DNA from: an uncultured Chloroflexia bacterium
GTDB lineage: Bacteria > Chloroflexota > Anaerolineae > CG2-30-64-16
DNA: 64,000 nt
Direction of reading: 5' to 3'
Assembly: GCA_963774265.1 (NCBI GenBank)
Contig: CAVZDU010000007.1
Span: forward strand, 96,001 to 160,000
A model generated the notes under the pieces. That model made no database searches. It was not told the origin of the DNA and saw only the letters and a program-made list of their open reading frames with translations. Positions 40,654-51,631 of the stretch are shown here, piece after piece (position 1 is the stretch's first letter; every line of letters begins with the position of its first letter). The translations under genes and the position numbers were made by a program.

Positions 40654-42078
40654 TCAGTGTGCTCCGTTCGTTTGCGGTGTGCTGATTTCGAAGCCGAGAT
40701 AGTGGCCGAGCGCTTCTTGCAGCGCGGACCGGAAGCGGCCCGGCGTGATGCTGACATGATGGCGGTGGCCTTCCTTGCCCATGTGCAACAACAGGTTCTG
40801 CAGGCCCGGGATGTGCGCGACGCCGGCGACGCCAAAGAACTCGGGCGGGATGGGATCGGACGTGATCGCGCCCTCGCCGAGGAACATCTTGATCTTACCC
40901 GACTCGGTCATCAGGCTGCCGAAGGTGAAGTCGGTGGGGGCCAGGCGCCCCTGATTGCAGCCATAACTCTTGCCCTCACCCAGGCTGGTCATGATGATAG
41001 CATGATCGGTGACGCGGCCGCCGGGCAGCATCAGGCTGGCGGGCGCGGGGCCGCAGTGGAAGAGGATGCATTTGTCGTCCTCATCCTCGTAGTTATTGTT
41101 CCAGTCCATGCACGCGGGCGGCGCATATGACGCCAGGCTGAGCGCTTTCATGGCAATGGCATTGCCGAGGTCGACTTCACAGGCCGCGGCCAGCCCTTCG
41201 TCGTTGAGTGCACCCATGGCGACGCACGGCGAGATGCCGATCTGCTTCTGCATTTCGTCCCAGCAGCGGATGGCCATGGCGTCGAGACCCAGCTCTTCTG
41301 AGATGTCATTCAGCGCGACGCCAAGCCGTACAATGTTGTCAAAGGCCGAGCCCGGCACGCCATCCCAGTTCGAGAACCCGGTCATCAGCTCCCAGCGGGC
41401 CCGGTATTTGGCGCTCTCGGGATCCACCGACCGCATCCGGAGGAACAGGTCCGAGAGATCCATGGTCTCCACGGTGATGCCGTGGCGCTGCAGCGCTAGC
41501 TCGTCGATGCGCACGGTTTTGAACGGCGTGGTGCGCGCGCCGATCGCGCCGACGGTCATGCCCTTGATGCCGCGAACGACGCGGCACACGCGGTCGAATT
41601 CATCGACGTTCTGCCGCCAGCGCGGGGATGACGGTTTGACGGTGTGCGGCACAAGCGCTGTGAACTTGACCCCATGTTGATAGAACACGTCCATGATGGA
41701 TAGCTTGCCGCAGAACGAATCGCGGCGGTTGGCCGGATCCATCTTATCCATGTCGTCGGGGTATGCCTGGATGAGGATGGGCACGCCAGCCTCTTCCAGC
41801 GCGGTCACCGCACCGTTTTCATCGCCGAAGTTCGGCAGGGAAATGATGACGCCGTCGAACTCGCCGTGGTGCTGCTGCAGAAAATTGGCGTACGCCTGAC
41901 CCTCGCGCACGGTCTCTACCGCGCCGTAGCGTGTGGCGCTTTCATCCATGATGAGGACTTTGTGGCCCCACTTTTCCAGCGTCTCTGCCATCTCCTGGCG
42001 CGCCGATGCGATTGACGACGCAGGGAAGAAGCCGCGGTTGCCGAAGAAAAGCGCGAAGGTGGATTTGCGAGTGTCCAT
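40654..42078 (-). CDS. second L-fucose isomerase family protein
   Basis: NRGFFP, PNFGDE, RRDSFCGK.S, RCW, ACEVD, FHCG, HRHH. Confidence 0.85.
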   Translation of the reverse strand: MDTRKSTFALFFGNRGFFPASSIASARQEMAETLEKWGHKVLIMDESATRYGAVETVREGQAYANFLQQHHGEFDGVIISLPNFGDENGAVTALEEAGVPILIQAYPDDMDKMDPANRRDSFCGKLSIMDVFYQHGVKFTALVPHTVKPSSPRWRQNVDEFDRVCRVVRGIKGMTVGAIGARTTPFKTVRIDELALQRHGITVETMDLSDLFLRMRSVDPESAKYRARWELMTGFSNWDGVPGSAFDNIVRLGVALNDISEELGLDAMAIRCWDEMQKQIGISPCVAMGALNDEGLAAACEVDLGNAIAMKALSLASYAPPACMDWNNNYEDEDDKCILFHCGPAPASLMLPGGRVTDHAIIMTSLGEGKSYGCNQGRLAPTDFTFGSLMTESGKIKMFLGEGAITSDPIPPEFFGVAGVAHIPGLQNLLLHMGKEGHRHHVSITPGRFRSALQEALGHYLGFEISTPQTNGAH

Positions 42079-42089
42079 GCGTTGCTCTC

Positions 42090-43130
42090 TCACTTTCTAA
42101 GTCGTCGACTGACTACGGTCTGGATGCCGACGGAGACGAGGATGATCAGGCCGTAGATGAGTTGCGTCCAAAAGCCGGTTAGCCCGGCCGCGACGATGCC
42201 AGCGTTGATCGCGCCGATGATGTAGCTGGCGACGAAGGTGCCGAAGATGGTGCCGGTGCCGCCGAACACGGAGGTGCCGCCCAGGAACACCGAGGCGAGG
42301 GTGTTCAGAAGCTGGCCTTCACCGACGGTCGGCCAGAAATAGGACACATCCAGGCTTTGGACCAACCCAGCGAAAGCTGCGGCGAGGCCAACCATCACGA
42401 AGGTGAGGGTTTTCACGCGATCCGTGTTAATGCCCATCAGGCGGGCGCTGTCTTCGTTGTCGCCGGTCAGGTAGACGTGTGCGCCGAAGCGATGGCGGTT
42501 CAGGATGAGCCAGATGACCACGGCGAAGACGATGGTCCACAGGAAATCCGCGGGAATCTTATCGAATAGCCGACCCACCAGCATCTGGTCCAACACGCTG
42601 CCCTTGCTCGCGCCGAGGGACTGACCGTTGCCGCCGCGCATCACGAGGACCACCCCGCGCCAGAAGAACTGAGTGCCGATGGTGGCGACCAGCGAGGGAA
42701 TGCCGACCTTCGTGATGATGAGGCCGTTTAGCAGCCCGGCAATCAGGCCCGCGGCCAGACAGCCGATGAATGCGATCCAGACGTTCTGTGTGAGGCTGAA
42801 AACCAGCGCGTAAAAAGCCACGCCGAAGGCCGTAATGGACGGGAAGGAGAGGTCGATTTCCTTGGTGATGACAACCAACGTGAGTGGAATCGCCATCAAC
42901 GCAAAATAGGGCGTGGTGGACATAAACGCGTTGTAGATCGGGTAGGACAGGAAGGTGCGCGGGGATCCGATCAGGAAGAGCAGCCACACCACGATCGCGA
43001 CCCCGAGGATGCCGATTTGCATGCCGTAGCGCTGGAAACCCCGCCGCACCGGGCTCTTTTTTTTGCGGTTCGTGCCAACTGGGGGGTCGACCTTCATCTC
43101 TTTCCGGGACGGTTCCCTATCAGCGCTCAT
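42090..43130 (-). CDS. sugar ABC permease
   Basis: EIDLS, SARLMGIN, VFLGGTSVFGG. Confidence 0.9.
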   Translation of the reverse strand: MSADREPSRKEMKVDPPVGTNRKKKSPVRRGFQRYGMQIGILGVAIVVWLLFLIGSPRTFLSYPIYNAFMSTTPYFALMAIPLTLVVITKEIDLSFPSITAFGVAFYALVFSLTQNVWIAFIGCLAAGLIAGLLNGLIITKVGIPSLVATIGTQFFWRGVVLVMRGGNGQSLGASKGSVLDQMLVGRLFDKIPADFLWTIVFAVVIWLILNRHRFGAHVYLTGDNEDSARLMGINTDRVKTLTFVMVGLAAAFAGLVQSLDVSYFWPTVGEGQLLNTLASVFLGGTSVFGGTGTIFGTFVASYIIGAINAGIVAAGLTGFWTQLIYGLIILVSVGIQTVVSRRLRK

Positions 43131-43908
43131 TCTGCACCTCGCTGTCCTTGCCGAGGTCGCCCGTCCTGGCAACCAGGTAGAGTCGCTCGATGAGTTGGTC
43201 CAGCGTCAGTTCGCCTCTCATGTACTGGCCGGCGATGCTCCCGCGGTCCAACACCACGATCCGATCCGCGACAGGGTGCACGTGGAAGATATTGTGGTCG
43301 ATGAAGATACATGACTTGCCCGCTCGTTTGATATCGGCAACAAACTCGAGCGCCTTCCGCGTCTCGGCCAGCGACAGGCCCATGGTTGGTTCATCCAGGA
43401 TGATGAGTTCGGCCTCGAAATAGAGGGCCCGGGTGATTGCGACGCCCTGGCGCTCGCCGCCGGACATAGTCTTGACCGGGGATTCCGGGGTGATGGCAGA
43501 AGAGGTGAACCCCATCGTCTCCTGCATGAGGTGGCCGGTTTCAGCGCGCATCCTTTCGACATCCAGGATGCCGAAGCGCTTTGTTAGCTCGCGCCCCATG
43601 AAGATGTTGCGCCACACCGACTGCTGGTCGGCCAGGGCGCGTTCCTGATACACCGGGTTGATGCCCAGTTCGCGTGCCCGCGCCACGCTCCAGCGGTCGA
43701 TGCGCTGGCCCTTCCAATACAGTTCGCCGCCTGGATCGGGCTTGTGATAGCCCGTAATAATCTTGATCAGCGTGGATTTGCCGGCGCCGTTATCGCCGAG
43801 CAGGCCCACGATTTCGTTCCGGCCGACCTCAAAATTGACGTCGTGGAGCGCGCCGACCTCGCCGAAGGTCTTGGAGACGTTCTTCATCTGAAACAGGTAG
43901 TCCATCAT
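43120..43908 (-). CDS. sugar ABC ATPase (single NBD)
   Basis: GDNGAGKST, MSGGERQ, IILDEPT. Confidence 0.92.
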   Translation of the reverse strand: MMDYLFQMKNVSKTFGEVGALHDVNFEVGRNEIVGLLGDNGAGKSTLIKIITGYHKPDPGGELYWKGQRIDRWSVARARELGINPVYQERALADQQSVWRNIFMGRELTKRFGILDVERMRAETGHLMQETMGFTSSAITPESPVKTMSGGERQGVAITRALYFEAELIILDEPTMGLSLAETRKALEFVADIKRAGKSCIFIDHNIFHVHPVADRIVVLDRGSIAGQYMRGELTLDQLIERLYLVARTGDLGKDSEVQNER

Positions 43909-43915
43909 GGCTCCC

Positions 43916-43951
43916 TGTTTCAGGGGTGGAGACGTCTCCACCCCTGAAACA
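43916..43951. repeat. 36-bp perfect palindrome, intercistronic
   Basis: TGTTTCAGGGGTGGAGAC|GTCTCCACCCCTGAAACA. Confidence 0.9.
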
Positions 43952-43958
43952 AATCAAA

Positions 43959-45005
<1,047 letters not shown>

Positions 45006-45169
45006 GACAGTCTCTCCTCCGTTAGAGATGGAACCGACGATGGTTACGGCGACCGCGAATGGGCGATCGATCGGGGTGGGGCATCCCATCTTACGGTGAG
45101 GGTTGCCCCTGCGTCTTCGTCAATGAAGGACCTTCACCTCCTTTCGGACGCGTATGCGAGACAGGTGCT

Positions 45170-46189
45170 TCATCCGCCGGAGCTTTCTCGGATGATGAGT
45201 TCCGGACGGGGTGAAGTGATGGCTGGCTCGGGTGCAGATTCGCCTCCCAGACGAGCGTCGATAAACCGGTTGAGGATGCGCACCGCCTCGCGGCCGACCT
45301 CGCGCAGATGCTGTTCGACGGTGGTGAGGGGCGGCCAGAAATACGCGGCTTCGGGTGTGTTGTCGAAGCCGCAGACGGCAAGGTCGCGGGGGACGCGGCG
45401 ACCGGTCAGGTGTGCTGCGCGGAGTACGCCGAGGGCCATTTGGTCGTTGGCGGCGAACACCGCGTCGAGATTCCGGTGGCGATCCAGCAGCGTCTGCAAG
45501 CCCAACTCGCCGCTGGCCGCGAACCAGTCACCCTCAACGACCCACGAATCATCGCACGGGAGGCCAGCTTCGGCCAGGGCCTCAGTCCAGCCGGCTCGAC
45601 GTTCACGCACCTCCCACCAGTCTGCGGGTCCGGAGATAAAGCCTATGGATCGACGGCCCTGCAGGATCAGATGTTGGGCAGCCAGTTTGGCGCCGCACCG
45701 ATTTCCGGCCGCGACGATCGAGAGGCTGGGACGGGGCGCCATGCTCAGGAAGACAATAGGGGGGAGTCGCTCCAGATTCGCGTCGAGCACCCACTCACGG
45801 TTATTTCCGATTTCTGGGACTGCCCAAATGATGCCGTCCACCTGGCGACCGGCAAGGGTGGTCAGCGCCCGCAACGCCTGGCTCCGGTCGAGCCACGGGA
45901 CAAGCTCCAAGATGATGGAATAGCCGTTGCGATCCGCTTCGCGCTCGATGCCGGTGACTGCTTGTGACGGGCCGAAATACTCCAGCCCCGAAGCGACGAC
46001 TGCGAGGGTGTCACTACGGCGGTTAATGAGGCTGCGCGCGAGGATATTCGGCTGATAGCCGAGTTCCTCGATCACCTGCAGGACGCGCTCCCGGGTGGCG
46101 AGCGCCACCGGACGCTTGCCGGTTAGGACGTTGGAGACCGTCCCGGGCGAAACGTGAGCCTTGCTAGCGACATCCTTGACGGTAGGCAT
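45170..46189 (-). CDS. LacI family transcriptional regulator
   Basis: TVKDVASKAHVSPGTVSNVL HTH; YQPN, NDQMALG, GFDN, PLTTV. Confidence 0.93.
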   Translation of the reverse strand: MPTVKDVASKAHVSPGTVSNVLTGKRPVALATRERVLQVIEELGYQPNILARSLINRRSDTLAVVASGLEYFGPSQAVTGIEREADRNGYSIILELVPWLDRSQALRALTTLAGRQVDGIIWAVPEIGNNREWVLDANLERLPPIVFLSMAPRPSLSIVAAGNRCGAKLAAQHLILQGRRSIGFISGPADWWEVRERRAGWTEALAEAGLPCDDSWVVEGDWFAASGELGLQTLLDRHRNLDAVFAANDQMALGVLRAAHLTGRRVPRDLAVCGFDNTPEAAYFWPPLTTVEQHLREVGREAVRILNRFIDARLGGESAPEPAITSPRPELIIRESSGG

Positions 46190-46213
46190 GGCTGCGTGGA
46201 CCTCCCGCAAACC

Positions 46214-46242
46214 ACTATATCAAAAACCTTTTAAGGTGTCAA
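46214..46242 (-). promoter_or_regulatory. sigma70 promoter of the sugar cluster with a possible LacI-type operator in the spacer
   Basis: TTGACA-CCTTAAAAGGTTTTTGA-TATAGT (N17). Confidence 0.7.
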
Positions 46243-46272
46243 TAGGGAGTTTTTTGTGCTCGCTTCGCGGTT

Positions 46273-46974
46273 CTATTGGGTTGGGCAGGGCGGCGCGGGG
46301 CGAGACTGAACTACCGGTTCCATTTCGAAAAGCGCCAGCATATTGGTCACGGCAATGCGGCCGTCCTCAGTGGCGCGTCCCAGTATGTCCTCGTCGCAGG
46401 CGGCCGCGAGAAGTTGACTCTCCGCGGCTTGGCGCGCTTCCGTCTCCAGGTTCTCGTTTGGCGGCGCTAATAGCCCCTGTTGACGATCGTATACGCGCGT
46501 TTTGGCATTATCCAGGATGCTGCCCAGATTGAATATCTGGGCAGCAGGCAATGTGACGGTAACCGTCTTCCCGTCAGCCGAGACGACTACATCCGACGGC
46601 TGAAGCTGTTCCATGTCAATGCCAGCGATCACTGTGCCGTGAGCAATCAAGAGCAGACGGTCCCCACGGAGCCAATCAGGCCAGTTTGCATCCGACTGGC
46701 GCACCTCAATGACTCGCTCGATCGAGAATGTCGTCGTCTCCAGTCGACTGATCTGTCTGATTTGCCGGACGATTGCATCGCCCGAGATGATGGTCGCTGT
46801 CGGTGAAGGCGCAGGAAGGACGCCGAGTCCACTCAGTATCCGGTCGACCAGCGATGCTCCACCGCCCAGGACAAGACCGGCCATGAAGAGCGAAGCCGTC
46901 AAAACAAACGTCAACGCCCCAATCACCACATAGCGCCAACCCGAGGCCCGGCGCGGTGTCTGGCTCTCTTGCAT
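46273..46974 (-). CDS. DUF4230 domain protein
   Basis: N-terminal TM; LLLIAHGTVIAGID, LPAAQI, A....IL.RA pattern. Confidence 0.8.
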   Translation of the reverse strand: MQESQTPRRASGWRYVVIGALTFVLTASLFMAGLVLGGGASLVDRILSGLGVLPAPSPTATIISGDAIVRQIRQISRLETTTFSIERVIEVRQSDANWPDWLRGDRLLLIAHGTVIAGIDMEQLQPSDVVVSADGKTVTVTLPAAQIFNLGSILDNAKTRVYDRQQGLLAPPNENLETEARQAAESQLLAAACDEDILGRATEDGRIAVTNMLALFEMEPVVQSRPAPPCPTQ

Positions 46975-46979
46975 GCGGA

Positions 46980-48092
46980 CTACTTTCTCACGAGCACCAT
47001 CAGAGGTTCGCCATCACTGGCTGTCAGGGCCAACTCATCACCGCTGATGGCATAGGCGCTGGTTCGCAACAGCGCGTCGATGAACTCGACCTCTAGCACC
47101 ATAACGTTCGCGGCACAAGCTTTTCGGGTCATCAACGCCGGCGCGGTCACCGTCGCCGCAGCGATATCGGTTGTCAACATGGCGCGGTACTGATTGCAGC
47201 CTGTGGACCCGCTGATGCGAATGCCGTCAGCAGCCACGTCGAGCGTGACGACCGTGTCCTGCACGGGTGGGATGGCCTGTCCGTTCACCCACAGACTTTG
47301 AAGCACCCAGCTTGTGCCCTCGAGGCCGGTGGCTTGAACGGTCTGTGGCGTTGGCTGGGCCGGTGACGTGGGCGTCGGCGCGACCGTCGAGGGTGGTAAG
47401 GTAGGTGTCGGCGCGACACTCACGATCGGCGCAGTGGGCGTCGGCGCGACAGTCGGGAGCTCAACGGGGGCACCGGGCGTGGAAGGGGCGCCTTCGAGTG
47501 GCGCGGCCTCGCCTGCGCGAAATTCCATGACGCCGGCCTCGTCCAGCAGGTATATCGTCAATCCGTCATCGTTGATCTGGTGGCGTTCGATGTTCCGGAT
47601 TTGACCGAGAAATTCCGAGTCCAGCGAGTCGGGTGGACAGGCCATTTTAGTGGTGCCAATCGGGCCGAAGGAGAAACCTGCGGCGGTCTCCTGATAGGTG
47701 GCCGTGCCGAAGTTGCAGTCGGCCTGCACCAGCGCATTGCCGTCGGGCAGGAGCTGAAAAGTGTAACGCGCAGGGTCACCTGGCGTCAGCACAGTGCCAT
47801 CCTTGAAAGTCGACGACACCCATTGCCATGCCTCCCCAACGATCGTTGGCCGGGGCGTCTCGGAAGGGGGTACGGCAACTGTTGGTGCGAGGGGAGCTGT
47901 CTCTGTGATGGCTGCCGGGGGTTGTAGCGGCGACGTCGCGATGCCAGGTTGCTCGACGCCAGGCAGGTACACAGTCACGGTGGGTGTCTGGGCGCCGGGG
48001 GGCACTACGGGCATCGGGGCACACGCGGCCACGATGATCATTACGCCCAGCATCACGCTGAAAACTCGTATAAGACGCAAGCCCGATTTCAT
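46980..48092 (-). CDS. lipoprotein with two META domains
   Basis: Lipobox VAAC; ADCN...TKMAC and GCN...TRKAC. Confidence 0.82.
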   Translation of the reverse strand: MKSGLRLIRVFSVMLGVMIIVAACAPMPVVPPGAQTPTVTVYLPGVEQPGIATSPLQPPAAITETAPLAPTVAVPPSETPRPTIVGEAWQWVSSTFKDGTVLTPGDPARYTFQLLPDGNALVQADCNFGTATYQETAAGFSFGPIGTTKMACPPDSLDSEFLGQIRNIERHQINDDGLTIYLLDEAGVMEFRAGEAAPLEGAPSTPGAPVELPTVAPTPTAPIVSVAPTPTLPPSTVAPTPTSPAQPTPQTVQATGLEGTSWVLQSLWVNGQAIPPVQDTVVTLDVAADGIRISGSTGCNQYRAMLTTDIAAATVTAPALMTRKACAANVMVLEVEFIDALLRTSAYAISGDELALTASDGEPLMVLVRK

Positions 48093-48135
48093 TAGCGACA
48101 CTCCTCTTTGACAAAAATGCCTTAGCGTTCCGGGT

Positions 48136-48960
48136 CTAGCCGAGCAACTCCACTCCCGCCTCGCGAAGCCGGCGATATATCAGATCCATCAGCCTCAGCT
48201 TGATCGTGGCCGCCTTCGCAAAAGAGCAGTGGGCCATGACAGTTAATTCGACTTTGTTGCTCATACTATCTGACGTGGAAAGCACCTGGAAAGGTTCGAC
48301 TAATTCCGGCAACCACTGACTTGCTGATTCACTCATCTCTTCCAGCACAGCGATAGCTTTCCCCAACTCCTCGCTGTTTACCACGAGTCTGACGCGCGCA
48401 CTGGAGTATGGCGCGCGGCTGAAGTTGCGAATCACCATAATGTCGCCATTTGGAACCACATACAACTCGCCGGAAGCAGCGCGCAGCAGCGTATTGGTTA
48501 CGTTGACTTCTTCGACCGTGCCCTCCACCGTGGCGCCGCCCACAGTCAGCTCCACCTTCTCGCCGATAGCAAACGTATTACGGAAGATGAAGCGTGTGCC
48601 GGCCAGGATGTCGGCCACCAAAGAGCGAGCGGCGAGACCGAACGCGGCGCTAAACAAGCCGACGATCCAGATCAGCCGTTCCGAATCGACAAAGAGCGAA
48701 AAGGTGCCCAGCACGGCCACAATGAACGCCACCAGGCTGATCAGGCTACCGATCAGGCTCTCCAGGGTTTTCTGGCGCGGCTGCGCCATCGCTCGCTTCC
48801 CGGGTAGGCGACGTCCCAGCGCAACAAACGGGCGCGCCAGATACCGAGACAAGAGCGACGCCAGGACGGCGAAAAGGAAGTAAATGGCGATTCCGCCAAT
48901 CGTCCGCAGGGCCGTGACCGTACCCGGCGCCTGCCAGAAGGGACTGTCACCTGTCCCCAT
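48136..48960 (-). CDS. MscS family mechanosensitive channel
   Basis: 3 TM segments; GTVEEV...T.LR...GELYVVPNG.I..IRNFS. Confidence 0.85.
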   Translation of the reverse strand: MGTGDSPFWQAPGTVTALRTIGGIAIYFLFAVLASLLSRYLARPFVALGRRLPGKRAMAQPRQKTLESLIGSLISLVAFIVAVLGTFSLFVDSERLIWIVGLFSAAFGLAARSLVADILAGTRFIFRNTFAIGEKVELTVGGATVEGTVEEVNVTNTLLRAASGELYVVPNGDIMVIRNFSRAPYSSARVRLVVNSEELGKAIAVLEEMSESASQWLPELVEPFQVLSTSDSMSNKVELTVMAHCSFAKAATIKLRLMDLIYRRLREAGVELLG

Positions 48961-49094
48961 CGCACCTCACCATTTGAACTTGTGTCATGTTCGCGTTAGA
49001 ATCGCAACAGCGATGTCCGTTACCGGCGCTCACATTCTAGCCTAACTTCGGCAATGCGTAAACAGCGGGCGCTGGTCTCATTGTGGAGGACCTC

Positions 49095-49748
49095 ATGCTG
49101 CTGAACCTGCTTGGCATGGCTGCGCTCATTTTCCTCACTTACGTCTTCTTCACACTGTTCTTGCGTCTGCTGCGATCACCAAGCCTGGGGGTGAAGCTCC
49201 TTGGCGGGCTGCTCTCCGGTGTGCTGGCCACGGCATTTGCCGTGGCGACGGGTGCAGCCCTGTTTGGGGTTTGGAGGATGGATTCTCCACGCGATCGGCC
49301 CGTTACCGATCTGAAGGTCGCCGGGACCTCCGAGCAGGTGGCCCGCGGCCGGGAACTGGCGCTGGCATGCATTGCGTGCCACTCCAGTGACGACTCTCCG
49401 ATCCTAAACGGCGGGATGACGAATTTGGTCGCCCAATTGGGCCCCTATGGTCAGCTTTATGGGCCGAATTTAACTCCTGGCGGCGAAATCCGGAACTGGA
49501 GCGACGGAGAGATCGTCAGTGCCATCAGGGAAGGCGTTGATGACAAGGGCGTGCCGCTCATGGTGCACCCTGCCAGCGACTATTATTGGATGAGCGATGC
49601 GGATGTTGAGGCATTGGTGGCCTATTTGCGCAGCTTGCCGGCCCTGCGCCACGATCAACCCCGGCGGAATCTGAATTTGTTCGCAAAACTGGCAGTGGCT
49701 GCCGGGCTACTGACGACATCTGAACTGCCGCCGCGAACCATCCCGTAA
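49095..49748 (+). CDS. membrane-anchored cytochrome c
   Basis: CIACH heme motif; PNLTP, WSD.EI..AIREG, SD.DVEAL.AYL. Confidence 0.85.
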   Translation: MLLNLLGMAALIFLTYVFFTLFLRLLRSPSLGVKLLGGLLSGVLATAFAVATGAALFGVWRMDSPRDRPVTDLKVAGTSEQVARGRELALACIACHSSDDSPILNGGMTNLVAQLGPYGQLYGPNLTPGGEIRNWSDGEIVSAIREGVDDKGVPLMVHPASDYYWMSDADVEALVAYLRSLPALRHDQPRRNLNLFAKLAVAAGLLTTSELPPRTIP

Positions 49749-49768
49749 GTTCGAGTGTCCAGGGGCGC

Positions 49769-50029
49769 GTGACGGATACCCAGAGTCGAACTTATCTGGT
49801 TCGCGCACGGGCCGGTCAACCCATGCGAATCGCCCTGGTGTCTGCGAATACCAACGCGAACTTCTCGATGGTCGGCGTAACCGGCGGACAGCCGTACAAG
49901 CGCGTCGACGTTGGCGAGCCGTGGTTTTACCCGGTGTTGCTTTCCAGCCAGGACTATCGCATTGACGTCCGGGTGGCATCGGGCGCAGGCTTGGCCGGCT
50001 ACGTCCTGGCCATCGCAATCGCACCATAA
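49769..50029 (+). CDS. small beta-sandwich domain, possibly a gene fragment
   Basis: Y.VRARAGQ.M.I...QDY.I.V pattern; no signal peptide or clear RBS. Confidence 0.4.
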   Translation: MTDTQSRTYLVRARAGQPMRIALVSANTNANFSMVGVTGGQPYKRVDVGEPWFYPVLLSSQDYRIDVRVASGAGLAGYVLAIAIAP

Positions 50030-50272
50030 TCTACCATGGCAGGGACGGGACCGCCCGGTCCCTGCCATGGCGTCCTCAACATCCTCGGAACCTGGTCTCG
50101 CCTACGGTCATCCTGCTCCCACCCAAGGTCACGGTTTGATGCTTACCTTATTCATGGTCTGCTATCCAGTTGGATAGTTGCTTTCTATCCAGAAACGCGT
50201 ATACTGACTTCGGTGCACGTATCCTGTTAGTGTGGCAACTGATTGTTTGACCCCAATAGAAGGAGGCACTTC

Positions 50273-50677
50273 ATGGCGAACCTGAAGATGATCGAGGGCA
50301 TAGGTGAGGCTTATGCGGCTAAGCTGCTGACCGCGGGCCTGGCTACGACGGAAGCCTTGCTCGCCAAAGGCGCGACGCCCGAAGGCCGCGCAGAAATCGC
50401 AGAGAAGGCCGGCATCGACGTCAAGAAGATTCTCGAATGGGTGAACCGCGCCGATCTGTTCCGCATTAAGGGCGTGGCAGAAGAATACTCCGATTTACTG
50501 GAGAATGCAGGCGTGGACACCGTGCCCGAACTGGCGCAACGCAACCCCACCAACCTGCTGGCCAAGATGACAGCTGTGAACGCTGAGAAGAAGCTGGTCC
50601 GCCGCCTGCCCACGCAGAACGAAGTCAACCGCTGGGTGGAGCACGCCAAGGTGCTGCCACGCAAGTTGACTTATTGA
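50273..50677 (+). CDS. DUF4332 domain protein
   Basis: IEGIG, WVNRADLFRIKGV, AGVDTVPELAQRN. Confidence 0.88.
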   Translation: MANLKMIEGIGEAYAAKLLTAGLATTEALLAKGATPEGRAEIAEKAGIDVKKILEWVNRADLFRIKGVAEEYSDLLENAGVDTVPELAQRNPTNLLAKMTAVNAEKKLVRRLPTQNEVNRWVEHAKVLPRKLTY

Positions 50678-50808
50678 TTCCAAAGCGGCTCGTACTTGCG
50701 GGTTGATGTCCCCTTAGCCGGCGACGCTTGCGGCGCAGCATTTCACGTCCGTGCAGGAAATGCTGTGACGTAGGCGTCGCCTGCGTTAAAGCGTGCTCCA
50801 GGAGCGTC

Positions 50809-51330
50809 CTAGTTGTTATTACCGCTGCTCAATACGCTGATGATCTCGCCCACGTAGAAGCGATGAAAGTCACGCTGTTGGTAAACGGCCCCCATCACCT
50901 TCGCATCCACAAAACCCGCCTCCCCGATATCACCGAAATAGAGCTTGCGACATTCCAGGATGAGCCGAGCCTGTTCAAATGCCACGGCGCCCGTCGGCGT
51001 CGCAAACGGCGTGAGCCCAGTCTCGTGTGTCTTGTTGACGTCCCGGCCCGAGTGGCTGCCGCAATACTCCAATGCTTTTCGCCAGGTTGCATCGAAGAAG
51101 CTGAGCGTGTAGCTGGCGCTGCGCTCCATGAAGTTGTAAGTGTAGCGCTGCGGCCGCACATAGCAGATGGCGACGTCGCGCTCCCACAGGTGTCCCCAAG
51201 TCCCCCAGCTGGCAGTCATCGTGTTGAAGTTATCCAGGGGGCCCGCCGTGATGAGCATCCACTCTCTGCCGACGGTCTGAAATGGGTTATGCCGGATGTC
51301 TACGGGCGCGATTTCCGAGAAATTATTCAT
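50809..51330 (-). CDS. flavin reductase family protein
   Basis: WMLITAG..NTMTASWG, RPQRYT, GSHSGRD. Confidence 0.88.
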   Translation of the reverse strand: MNNFSEIAPVDIRHNPFQTVGREWMLITAGPLDNFNTMTASWGTWGHLWERDVAICYVRPQRYTYNFMERSASYTLSFFDATWRKALEYCGSHSGRDVNKTHETGLTPFATPTGAVAFEQARLILECRKLYFGDIGEAGFVDAKVMGAVYQQRDFHRFYVGEIISVLSSGNNN

Positions 51331-51631
51331 AACTGGCCTCGCTTTTTGATGTGGGTGGCTGCGAAGACGGCCGCGTCAATTGTTCGAGTAGCGTGAGATA
51401 CGCCATCGCCTCTTCAGAACTTGTCCCGCACATCTCCGGCATGGGTCGCAGATTCACGCACACCTGGGGGCGCTCAGGCAGGCCAAACAGCCGGCAACGG
51501 TTGTCATCGGTCAATTGCATGCAGCGCACGCCGGCCGGCTTGCCCTCGGGCATCCCAGGGATAGGTGAAGAGATGGACAGGGCAATGCAGCATGCGCCGC
51601 AGCCCACGCGACAACTGAATGTCTCCGTCAT
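51323..51631 (-). CDS. YkgJ family cysteine-cluster protein
   Basis: CRVGCGACC, C..L...NRC, RPQVC. Confidence 0.88.
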   Translation of the reverse strand: MTETFSCRVGCGACCIALSISSPIPGMPEGKPAGVRCMQLTDDNRCRLFGLPERPQVCVNLRPMPEMCGTSSEEAMAYLTLLEQLTRPSSQPPTSKSEASYE

